64,000 bases of DNA from Perna viridis (Eukaryota). The notes below the pieces were generated by a model. The model did no database searches. It was given only the letters and a program-made list of their open reading frames with translations, and was not told where the DNA came from. Positions 12,760 to 24,311 of the stretch are shown piece after piece. Each line of letters starts with the position of its first letter. The stretch's first letter is position 1. The translations under genes were made by a program, and so were the position numbers. Location: contig CM074515.1 of the NCBI GenBank assembly GCA_037379345.1, positions 33,855,801 to 33,919,800 on the forward strand. The letters are read 5' to 3'.

Positions 12760-13095
12760 ACCTTGATGTAACAACAGCAACTGTTCATGTCCAACCACCA
12801 ACAATAAACATCTCAAAAAGTACAGTTTCTGGAACAAGTGGCAAATCTGTGACCTTGACCTGTTCTGTGACCTCCAGTGAGACGGTCAAGGATGTTTATT
12901 GGAAGAAAGATGGAAAAGCAAAAATAAACTCTAGTTCTAATTCTAAGAAGTATAGTGGTTGCTCTGCAAGTACACCATCACTGACAATTTTAAATGTTGA
13001 AAAGAATGATGCAGGATCTTACATTTGCTTTGCCAAGAACAGCGGAGGACAAGGAGAAAGCAGCGCCATCAAGCTTGATGTTTCTGAACCTCCTA
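12760..13095 (+). CDS. CARMIL: Immunoglobulin (I-set-like) domain exon within the CARMIL gene
   Basis: Strong polypyrimidine tract + cAG acceptor and GTGAGT donor; 336 nt, phase 1-1; Ig hallmarks VTLTC, VYW, SLTI, DAGSYIC. Confidence 0.8.
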
Positions 13096-13653
13096 GTGAG
13101 TATGACTGAAGGTTAAAAGGGGATTAAGGGCTCTTAATGACCCTAAATACAACTGAAAATAATCATGTTTTGAAAGTGGTTTCTGAATTTGAAGACTTTA
13201 CAACTTTGAAAACATAAGAATTTAATAATATTCTTGTTTAAAAATGACAAAAAATATGTATTTTAATATGTTTCATGTATTTGTGGGCCACTACAGTACA
13301 AATTGTCCATACAACTTTGATATTGAGTAATATAAGATGTTGTGATTGAAGTTTTCAGCTTTTATAGCTTGTCAAAATCTTTCTCCACCATGCAGAAACA
13401 TTTGCTTTCAATAACTTTACTTTTTCTGCTGAAAAAAAAAATAAATAGAAACAATACTTTTGAAATATTCAGAACTATGACTAGAATTGTTTAGATATTT
13501 TAACATATTAGGGTTTTCAGGTATTACATTGATAAACATGGACTTTGGCTCAGTGGGACAGGGATGGAGACATGTGATGATTTTTATCTAAAGAAACTTG
13601 TTTCTTATTGGATAATATTTTATCCACCAGGCGTACAGTCAAACTTGTCTTAA

Positions 13654-13849
13654 GGAGGTAGTCCTAGGGTAAGGGACAATTGAATGTTTGTATTCAGCAT
13701 TTTACATCAATCTCATGTAAGCATCAAAGTAACTTGTATTGATTTCATTCTGTTTCAAATGAAAGCTTGATAGGCTTTGGTGAAATTGAATATGATACAA
13801 ACATATCACTGATTTCAAGAGTTATCTTCCTTACTCTAAGTCTACCTCC
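13654..13849. mobile_element. Kolobok-type TTAA MITE (K1)
   Basis: TTAA TSD and same TIRs; nested in a TACAGTC...GACTGTA element. Confidence 0.85.
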
Positions 13850-14357
13850 TTAAGTGACCTTCTCAGGGAAGCAATATAATGGTCACAAAAGACGTGTTCT
13901 GTATATAAATGTTAATTTTACATGTGCATATTTAGGAATATTATAATCATGGCTTAATTAGACAGGTTATTGCTGAACACCGGTGAATGCTGAGATTTTT
14001 TTGACTGTATGTAACATACATACATCATAGATTACTGTTCTCATGCAAATAATGACTGAAAGTAAGGGTTTGAAAATTGCTGTAGAGATTAAAAAAACAA
14101 GCAATACCTTATGGCATGTTATTTGGTGGATGTAAAATTTGGAAATTTTGAAACAGAAAGGGATTTGAAAAATTTGGTGTTTTTAGTTTTGGTGGCTTAT
14201 TATATAAATGGTGAATTAAGTACTTTTACCCAGAGTAATAATTTTATGGAATTTATTTTTATGTTTTCAGACATCACTAAAAATACACCAAATTAAGCAC
14301 CTTGCACAAAATTACCAGCTTTACGGTATTTCATGATAAATTCCAACTGTGTTTCAG

Positions 14358-14649
14358 AACCAAAGCCAAGTGCAGCTCCCTTAGAGTCTTTACCGGATGT
14401 GAAGGTCGACACTTTGGCATGTGCTGGAAAAAGTCGTCCAAGACCACCCCGGAACAGACGTCCAGGTCGACCTAATCCAGCTGCTCTTCTTGATCAGGAC
14501 GAAGAGTCCAAGGAAGAGGAGAAGAAAATTGATGAATTCTTTACATCTATTGCTGTCAAAGTGGAGACACCAGTTAAAACAACTCCGTCAAAACTGGAAA
14601 GCAAGGCTGATAAGGAGAAGCCTGAGAAGGATAAAGATAAGAAGCCAAT
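14358..14649 (+). CDS. CARMIL: CARMIL exon with CPI motif (LACAGKSRPRPPRNRRP) and CSI-like motif (KIDEFFT)
   Basis: ttcAG/GTaagt, phase 1->2; fits the spacing of LxHxTxxRPK(x6)P and resembles the DEGVDEFF motif of CARMILs. Confidence 0.9.
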
Positions 14650-15180
14650 GTAAGTTGGTGGGATGATAATTGTGTAATTTTTGTATTTATAATCAGAGCT
14701 AGTTTGACATGATACATCTGAATTTATGAGTGTGATAGAAATTTAACAATTACATCACATTATATAGTTAATTTCATCAAATAGAGTTGGTCTTCCCTTG
14801 ATTGAATGACCATTAACCTGATGAAATGTCTTAGGTTGTTAACTGGATCATTTTAATCAAGAGATTTAAACTTACTATCATTTGTCTAAGTTTGATAGAA
14901 AGTTTAAATCACATTGTCAATTTACATAAAGAAGTTTATCAGGTGATTGTCATTTAGTCGAGGGAAGACCAATTTGATTCCCTGAAGTTAACCATTTTAC
15001 TTGCTGTAAACTGTAATTTCATTATTATTATATCTGTCATAAACTTTTTGAAACTATTGTTTTTTTACTTTCTTATACATGTATAAATTTTGGGTTGCTT
15101 GACTTTACATATAACACATACATACTTAAAAAATCTTCTCTCATGTACTGCACATAGTTAATCAGAAATTTATGCATTAG

Positions 15181-15547
15181 GCCAACTAAAGTTAATTTCT
15201 TGGTTCTTAGGCCTTGATCATTCCTCATGTGGATGCCTTGCTATCAATTTTTATACCCCTCCACACAAAGTGATGAGGTATTATGGGATACCCTTTGAAA
15301 AGTTGTGTGTAAGTCTGTACTTTCCCATATGATAACTTACATATCCTTAAAAAAGCCCTATTTTTATTGTCTTATAAGTGAAAAAAAATACATTCCACTT
15401 ATAATTTCACTGGCTATAAAGAATGTTAAGAAAGTAAGAGTCATCCACATCACTTTTTTGAGGATAATAAAGAGATAAAAAGAAATGCCTCCCACCTCAT
15501 TGTTTTCAAAAATGGCCTTTGAACCAAGAAATTAACTTTGAATTGCC
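15181..15547. mobile_element. PIF/Harbinger-type MITE
   Basis: TTA flanks; TIR GGC(C)AA.T.AAAGTTAATTTCTTGGTTC. Confidence 0.65.
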
Positions 15548-15645
15548 TTATTTATGTACCTGTTTTGTTGAAGTTATGCTAATTGAATAGTTATACTGTC
15601 AAACCTGCCTAAACTGAACCCTGAATAATCTGATAACCTGCTTAA

Positions 15646-15855
15646 GGAGGTAGACGTAGGGTAAGGGACATAACTCTTGAAATCAGTGATGTGTTTGTAG
15701 CATATTCAATTTCACCAAAGCTATCAAGCTTTCATTTGACACGGAATTAAATTAGTCTAAGTTGCTTTGAATCTTACATGAGATTGATGTAAAATGCTGA
15801 ATAAAAACATTCCAATGATTTTAAGAGTTGTGTTCCTTACCCCAGGTCTACCTCC
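15646..15855. mobile_element. Kolobok-type TTAA MITE (K1)
   Basis: TTAA TSD, same TIRs. Confidence 0.85.
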
Positions 15856-16071
15856 TTAAATCATCCTGTTTAAATCAGATATTCCCAGAAGTCTATGGAT
15901 ATCAGTTATGATACTTTTTAACCTGTGCAAACTGAACAACTACTTTTATCGAACAAATCTATCAGTAGGAAAGGGGGTTCGGTTTAGACAGGTTTTATTC
16001 TACAAGGATATATTTTTTTCTGGCCTCCTTAAATTGACGGGAAATATTTCCCATTTCTGTTACTGTAATAG

Positions 16072-16185
16072 GAAACCAAACATTGATGGGAAGAATGAAT
16101 CTGGCGGAAAATCTCGATTGTTTGGGAAAAAGGATTCAAACAAGGATTCCTCAGCCAAAGATCAAAAAGAGCAAAAGTCTAAGCC
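16072..16185 (+). CDS. CARMIL: CARMIL exon (KPNIDGKNESGGKSRLFGKK...KSKP)
   Basis: atAG/GTaatt, phase 2->2, open. Confidence 0.8.
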
Positions 16186-18509
16186 GTAATTATGTTATTT
16201 CTTAATGTACCTGTTAACCCTTCCAAAATAAGAAGGGGGGGGGAGGGGGAAGACTCTAAATTTAGAATCTTCCATGTAAAAATGTAAGATTTGTAGGAGG
16301 ATATTGGTTAAAATTGCTATATTTGTGAATAACACTAAATAATTTTTTACATGAAAAAAGTTTGCTTTTACATAAAAATTTCCCTCATGAGACAGTGTCA
16401 CTTGGGGAGTACCTCCCACATGAACTGTTCCAAAGGTTAACAGGTATGTTCTTATATGAATCCTGAATAGGCTTCTTTCTATCTTTTATTCATGTCAGAG
16501 TCTTTTGTTTCAGTAGGCAATTTTGTTCCTTTTGTGAAAACTATAGAAATATGGCATGTGTCAATTTTGGTAGGAATGACAGGGGTTAACCTACATCTAC
16601 TTACTGGTGGATGTTATATAACTGGTTAATTCATGGTTCTAAGGATTTTTAAAATATTCCATTTGATGGTACTGTTTTGAATTGGTTATCTCCCTTTGAA
16701 AATTAATATTTGAAAGACCTGTTGCAGATAAAAGTAGACTGGTACTGGAAAAGTCTACTAATTCTCAATGATAGAAAAAATCAATTCTGTGAAATTTTAA
16801 CGGCTTGATTTCTTTTAATTATTTTGGAATGTGAAAAGTCAACATTCCTCTTCTGAAAATCAATTCAATCAATAATCTTTTCCAAAACTGTAAAAAATTT
16901 ATATTTGTGTAAACTTGACACAACCTGTAAGAAATATCAACAAAAAAATCGTAATGTTAAAGTACAGAGTTAGAAATAGTAGCCTGCCCGCCAGCCCATG
17001 ACTGGCTATTTTCGAGCAGGACTTGCCAATTTTAGCAAAAATTAATATAGCAATATGGTAAATTTATTGAAAAATAGTATTCAGGACTGGCTAGAATTTG
17101 AGTGAGTTTCCTTCCCTGTAAAGTAGCCCTATATATTTGAATTTATTTTGAAAAAATATCACATTTCCAAGGCTTTGCTTATTAGTACATTAGCATATCA
17201 CTGCTGTGTCATATATAATGTTCTGTAAATGTATAAAAAAAATTCTGTGAAGTAGTAGTTCATTATTCAAGGAGAATTATAATGCCAATGACAATTTTTT
17301 TTTATTTCAGTATTTTTCCCTGTTACAAGAGTAATATGTACTTCAGCTCCTGAAACTTTTATTAGGATTAGCACTTAAAATATCAAAATTACTATAATAA
17401 TGATTCCATACAATAATTTCTGAATACATGTATGATATATATTGTTGTAAAAGTGGGATGCATATAATTACGAACTTGCACAATATGTTAAGTGTTCTTG
17501 CTTGTTTCTTATATGTTTGAAGACTAGCTTGTTCATTTCTTGAAACATAATTCCTGCAGTCTGCAGACTTTACAGTTGATATTGAATGGAATATAAGAAA
17601 CGAAAAAGGGTTTTGTATACATGTATTTTTGAGTGGTCCTCAAATGAATGACTGCTATTTTAATTATGAAAAGTACAAAAATAACCATTATATATATTGT
17701 AAATATCAGTATTCTGTACACATGCTTTAAGGAGTAACCTCTCATCACCAGAATTAGAACCAAATACATGTACTTAGATTCGAACATTCGTTGTGTATAA
17801 GAAGTACTCAAAACCAAAAATATTGAATTAGGAAACTAAATCCTACCAAAATTTATCAAGGGAGCTATATTACTGTAGTCCTATGCATACAAGGATGTTG
17901 CATTAGTATTTTAGGGCTTTGGGATTTTGTGTTACTGGTACCATAGTTTTGGTATAATATCACAGTTACATAATGAGGATTACACACTAGACAAAAACAA
18001 ATTGGCTCAAGAATCTTCAGCTTTTTTTTTAACTGGTTAACTTTTTCATGACAGTTCTTTAATTTCTAATAAGTAACAGGAAGCGTCATAATTTCAAAGG
18101 ACTTGGTTCAATTATATTTAAAAATAAATTAACCTGATGTCATATCAATTTAATTTTAATAGAAATGGTTTGTATGAATTTTGTAGATGTGGTATGCCTG
18201 GTTCTTCTATTAGTCTGCATGGCCTTATATTTCTTTGGTCATGCCATGATTAACAATAATTAGCAAGACTTGTAGTAAAAGTATTATTGTTCATGGGGTA
18301 CCAATTTTCGTGGTTTTCATGGATTTGGTAAACCATGATATTTGGTTCCCAGTGAGAAGGAAATTCTCCATTCGTTTGTATGAAAGAGTTGTCAAATCAA
18401 GGAATTCAAGAATCAATGAACTGATAATTTTTCCCTAAACCATGAAAATTGGTGCCCATGATTTTAAGTACTTTCACAGTATTGTATTAAAATGAACTGT
18501 TTGATATAG

Positions 18510-18688
18510 GTTTTTCAAACTTCCCTTTGGAAAAAAATCCAAAGACACTGAGAAGAAAGATGAAGTAAAAGTGGTAAATGAGGAAAGGACAGAGAGTGAA
18601 GCTCCTCCAGAGAAGAAAGAATCTAAAGATGTTCCAGACAAGGAGAATACAGAACCAGAAGTTACACGGGAAAAAGAGGAGCCAAAGG
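18510..18688 (+). CDS. CARMIL: CARMIL exon (FFKLPFGKKSKD...KEEPK)
   Basis: atAG/GTgaga, phase 2->1, open; basic/hydrophobic FFKLPFGKK segment. Confidence 0.8.
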
Positions 18689-19728
18689 GTGAGATACCGC
18701 TCTAAATTAAATATATTTTTTCTGGAAAGAAAGATGGAAGATTTGTTACTAATTTCCTGAAATGTGTCTATGTTTATGATAACTGCTTAATGAAATTTAT
18801 TGTTTACATGGAAAACTTTTAGGATTCTGATTGATTGTCTTAACCAAATGTGCTCATGATTACAGAAGGGCACTCAAAAACTATTTAAATGTATCTCATG
18901 ATTACTGAAGAACATCTCTAAACTTTTTATAAGTAGTACTTTCTTGCCAAAAGTATATATCATTATGAAAAATGCACTGTTTCAATTTCATGGTTTACAT
19001 AATTTGATCAAAACGAAGATGCAAATTATACAAAAAGAGGCATAAGAAATTAACCATCAAAACTAAAAAAAATATACTTACTTGATAATTTATCTCACAT
19101 ACATTGGACTCCAGGATATTTTGTACATGCACTACATGTATTTTGTGCATGTATTACATGTATTATGATAGTTATCAGTGATCTTTCTGTGAGTTTTAGC
19201 CACCATTTTGTTATCTAGCCACAAGAATTGGTGAGTTGTTATGTGATACCCCCCCAAAAAAGTTGTGTTCATTCACTCATCTGTCCATTTCCCAACATTT
19301 TTTTTCCAATTTTTTGAAACTTTGCAAAATTGTTATGTATCATAAAGTGCAAGTTAAATTTAATTTTCAGCAAAATCCAAAATGGAGTTTTTGTACAGAT
19401 TGCCATCCCACCTTTTTTCACCATTACGTGTTGGGGTATCACTTAATGTTCCATTAATGCGCTATTTTTACAGCACATACATTGATGATGTTCAGAGGAT
19501 AGCGTTTGTCTTGACTTCCTTCAATTTAATGTCAATTATCTAATACACTTCTCTAGGTAGTAAAGGGAACGATTGTGAAGATGTATAACTATTCCCTGAA
19601 GTTTACCATATTACTTGCTGTAAAATTCTTTCTGAATAATTTTTGAATCAATGATAAGGAATTAAAAAAATATGAAGACCTAAAATGCTGAAACCTAGTC
19701 ACTGTTTATTTGAATTTATTTGAAACAG

Positions 19729-19874
19729 AGGTAAAACCTGAACCTGAGGAGGAAGTTAAAGTGGAAGAACCAAAAAAAGCTTTGAGGCCACCTGTGGGAG
19801 GAATGGGATTCCCAGGTCTTGGTGGAGATATGCTGGCTCAGCTCAGACAAAAACAACAAAACAGAAAGTCATTT
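19729..19874 (+). CDS. CARMIL: CARMIL exon (EVKPEP...GGDMLAQLRQKQQNRKSF)
   Basis: acAG/GTaagt, phase 1->0; resembles CARMIL1 GSGLLAEMKAKQEKR (recalled). Confidence 0.85.
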
Positions 19875-20739
19875 GTAAGTTCGTGTGTTGGATAGGAAAT
19901 GTCATTTCATATTTCATTCAAATTACATTGAAAACTGTCATAACTGAACCCTGAAAATCCAAAAACCTGTCTTAACCAGAATCTAAAAAAAACCTGTCTT
20001 AACCAGACTCTAAAAACCTGTCTTAGCCAGACTCTAAAAATCTGTCTTAACCAGACTCCAAAAACCTGTCTGAAGCAGACTCCAAAAGCCTGTTTAAACC
20101 AGACATTATCAAAGTTTCTTGATATCAGTTTATTTGTATTTTAGACCTTAATAAACTGAACACCTTGTCTAAACCATAACAATTTTAAAGTCCAAAATGA
20201 TTTTAGTTAGACAAGTTTTACTGTAGAAAGTAGATGTTCTTCATTGTATTGTTTTTGGCTGTTCCATTGGAGTATATAAGGTATGGGTGGAGAGCAGGTT
20301 TTTTTCGTGGGAGATCTGTCAAATATCAGCAAAAAAAAACGAAGCGTCAGCAGTGGGATGATTCAAATATGAAAAATCGAAAGAAGCAATTTTGAGCTAA
20401 GTTAATACATTTCAGTCAGTTTGGTCAAGAATATTGCCAACCACTAATGTATGAATATAAAAAAAGTGCCATCTATCCCTTTGTCATCTATTTTAACAGA
20501 ACATTCTACATTGATTGATCTTTTAGGATTCTTCATTTTGGCATTGAAAGAGTACTACATTTTTTAGATATTTTTTGTCTGTTTTATGAATAAAATTTAA
20601 TAGAATGACTAAAATTTTCACAGGAACGAGTGTTGATATGATAGACCATTATTTGGAATATTTTGTGAAATTTCTAGGGTCAAAGTTTGAATTAAAATTA
20701 ACATTATGATGTTGCTAAATAAATAATTTAATGTTTTAG

Positions 20740-21010
20740 GGGAAGTCTTCTGAAGAAACGCAAAACAAAGACAAAGAAACTAGTAATAAAGACAAAGAAA
20801 TTAAAGACAAAGAGGCTCAAAAACCACCAAAAACAGAAACGAAATCTTCACCAAAACCTTCTGAAACTACAAACAAAACTCCTGATACTAAGTCAGAGAA
20901 GTCACCAAAGTCGGTACTACAGCTTGTACAGGAAAATAAGCCCAAACCTGCACCAAGACCTGGCAATAATCGCCTGTCATCTGGTTCCCGTAGCTCAACA
21001 ACTGGTGAAG
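20740..21010 (+). CDS. CARMIL: CARMIL exon, Lys/Pro/Ser-rich tail
   Basis: ttttAG/GTaaca, 271 nt open, phase 0->1. Confidence 0.85.
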
Positions 21011-21496
21011 GTAACAGTATAGTTGTTTGATTGGCTCTTCAGCGGAAACATACTCACGTGCTTCAGAATTATAACTCACTTTTTGTCTGGGAAATTTTCT
21101 CTCTTGCTTGCAATTTTAATTTGAAGCTGTGTTAATTAGAATGCTTGAGTTCTAATAGGCAACAGATGAAAAATATGTAATTATTTTTTGATAGACTGGT
21201 GTTCTAAATTTTATCTGTTATACAAAGTATGTAGTTAAAGAAATAAGAATGTCTATCCATTTTAAAATTATCTAAGTCTTCAGCATGTTGATGTATCATA
21301 TATTTTCTGGTTTCTTATGCATTTTAACTTTTACAATCGATGATTATGTATGTTTCATGTTACTTTATTGTACATGTATAATAAATAATGATTGCTTTCT
21401 TGTGTTGTGCGATGTGTTTTGACAATTCCATGAAACCTTAGAAGTAGGTTTTTGAAAAAATGTGTAGGAGACATGTCTTAGAGTTATGTTTTGTAG

Positions 21497-21583
21497 ATGG
21501 AGAAGTCAAAGCTCCAAAGCCTGCACCAAAACCACGCCCAAATCCGCCTCCAAAACCCCGCTCAAGTCTTACTAAAAGTGATG
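21497..21583 (+). CDS. CARMIL: CARMIL exon, proline-rich SH3-ligand segment (KAPKPAPKPRPNPPPKPR)
   Basis: ttgtAG/GTaagt, phase 1-1, PxxPxPR repeats. Confidence 0.85.
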
Positions 21584-22589
21584 GTAAGTAATGGTTGTCT
21601 CCCTTCTTATGATTTGAAAAGGTATTTTAATGTTCATTTTTTTCAGTCCAAATAAATAAAAGTAAATGGATTTATAATGTGTAAAAATTATAACATTGTT
21701 TTAAAAGAAAGTTGGGATTTTCTATGGCATAAATGATTTAAGATGATCAAGAAAAATGTACCACTAAAAGTATTAATGCCAGAAATTATTAAAAAAAGAA
21801 TGGAGAAATGAGAGATATAAAAAAAAAAAAAGATTAGAAAAAAAAAGAAGAAGAAATTATTCAAAAAATTAGGTACTGTCAAGAGTACTTCTCTGTATAA
21901 GAATCAGGCAAAATTTGTATGTGTGTGATATATCAGGAAAAACAAAGAAGTTTTTTTTTGCATTATCCAAGTATTTATACATCATAAACTGTGAGAAAGA
22001 AAAAACATCAAAGTGTTTGTAAAACCTTATAAGATTTTATTTAAATGCCTAATGGAAAATGTCAAATAAATTTTCCTGCACTTTTTTCATATATAAGTAG
22101 TAAGAAAATTTATGTCACAGATGCTTCCAGAAAAATTCAAATAGCTTTTTGGTTGTTTTCTAGATGTAATAAATATATTTTAGACAAAACAGACCTTATT
22201 GAGAAAAATATTCCACCTATTGGATGTATCTTACTCATTTTGATACTTAAAACCTGTTTTTAGAATTTACAAAAAAAAACTATACTTGTGTCACGGCAGA
22301 ATAATAAAAGAAAATTATAATTATAAAAATAAAAAAAAACTATAGATACTAGTATGGAAAGGAGAAAATACTTACTTCTTACATTTCATGAATAAATGAG
22401 TTCTGTCTGACATCGTAATGTAACTTGCAATTTGCTCTATAAGCTAAAATGATGGATTTAAAGTCTTTGTTAGTTGTAAAGTTTATGGACAACAATTTTA
22501 CATGAAATCTAAGGCAGTAATTTAAATTTAAAAGCTTAAGCTTAAATTGATGGATTTAAGGTCTTTGTTTAGTTGTTCAGTATATGGAC

Positions 22590-22748
22590 CAGTGGTGGAT
22601 CCAGGCTCCCCCCCCCTTTTAGAAAAAAATTGTTGAAAAATTGTGTGTGTTAAATCATGAAAAACACTCACTTCGTGATCCATCACAGTGATTCTGTCAA
22701 GAATTTTTTTTGGCCCCTCCTTTACCTAAAACTCTGGATCCGCCATTG
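22590..22748. mobile_element. MITE with CAGTGGCGGATCCAG-type TIRs and 5-bp TSD (hAT5-like)
   Basis: TSD tggac; empty-site paralog immediately upstream. Confidence 0.8.
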
Positions 22749-22886
22749 TGGACAACAATTTTATATGAAATCTAAGGCAACAATTTGAATTTTAAAACTT
22801 AAGTCAAGCATATCATGTAGATTGCAATTCCTGTAATTTGGCAGGGCTTTGCTTTACATGTTACTTATTTTATAATGTTTCTATAG

Positions 22887-22901
22887 ATTTAAGCGACATT
22901 A
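22887..22901 (+). CDS. CARMIL: Candidate 15-nt microexon of CARMIL (DLSDI)
   Basis: T-rich tract + ctatAG acceptor, GTAAGT donor; phase 1-1 matches the flanking exons. Confidence 0.55.
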
Positions 22902-24203
22902 GTAAGTAGAGTCACAAAGTGTAATATTGACTGACATTGCTTGTAACATGCCTTTGTTAAAATAACAAAAAAATAATACTGCATAATTTTAGGTAAAACT
23001 ATCTTAAAATTCACTATGATGTACATTGTTTTTCAGTGTTTACTGAAATTTTATCTTTTTCTTCAAACTTTTATGCAGCAAGTTGTTGAAATAGATTTAG
23101 CCATTCTGTGTTGAAAGTGGCTTTTACTGTGCTTGACAAAAACTCAGTGCTTCCCTTTCTATTTTTCTGGTGAAATGAAGCTTGTTTGAAGTTCTAGGTC
23201 ATGCATGTTTTTTTTTTTTATTGAAAAAAGTATTTTTTTAGTACTGCCAATCTTCTGTCAAGTTCTAAATGGTATACAAATCTCTATTTCCAATTTTCAG
23301 AATTATCTCCCATTTGTAAGAGTTGTCTTTCTTTAAAGCATTTCAACTTTGATAACTTGAGTAATTTAATGTACAAGGTAAAATAAGATTTAACTTGGAC
23401 TAAGGATGTACAGAAAAAATGTATTGGCTAAAAAAACTAAACATTTTTTATATATATATATATGTTAGTCTATTAGATACATGCTGAAAAAGGGCAATTG
23501 TAACAAAAAATAATTATGCAAATGGGAGAAAAAATGATTTTTACTGCAAGTAGGGAATACCATTATCAGACCTTAAATTTATGAAAAGATATTCTTACAA
23601 TGTTATTTCATTGTACTTTTATTGCACGCCTCGTATAAACTTACTATTTTTGTACTTTCTTGTATCATTATTACATAATACACCTGTATACTATGTATAT
23701 TTAAGGAACTATATACTTTTTAGTTTCAATCATTACTGGAACCATTGAATGAAGAAAGTATTTTGTGTGTCAGTTTGTGTCACATTCTCATTTTGTAATT
23801 TAATGATATTTTATTTGTTTATATATATTTTTTCTACGATTTTGAGAAAACTCATGCATCCTTAAGGAAATGACAAATGTCATGATGCAAGTTTTTATTA
23901 TTGAGATTTTTTTGGCAATAATGAAAACATCACAATAATTTTTGAATAAACAGAACATTGTGAATCATCTTAGCACTCATGTCTGATGAATTTGCTTACC
24001 ATTAAAAAGCTAAAAAGTTTATTATAATCTGAAGTCCATATATAAAAAAAAGGTTAAAAAACAATAGAGATTTTTAGAGGATTTCTACATATTCCGCTAA
24101 ATTAAAATTTAGAAGGGTAGGGTGCATAATTCAGGAAGCCTTTCTTTTGCTTTTTATCTTTTCAAAAATTTCATATAATATGGTGTTTTTCTTCTATGAT
24201 TAG

Positions 24204-24311
24204 CCTTAGGTACAGACAAGACAGACTCTGGTAGCGAGAAGAGGTCATCAGGTGAGCTGAAGGAAAAGAGCTCATCATTACCAAGAAATACTCCTCCCAT
24301 TACAGATAAAG
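24204..24311 (+). CDS. CARMIL: CARMIL exon (LGTDKTDSGSEKRSSGELKEKSSSLPRNTPPITDK)
   Basis: tAG acceptor (alternative in-frame start at 24210), GTaatg donor, phase 1-1. Confidence 0.8.
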
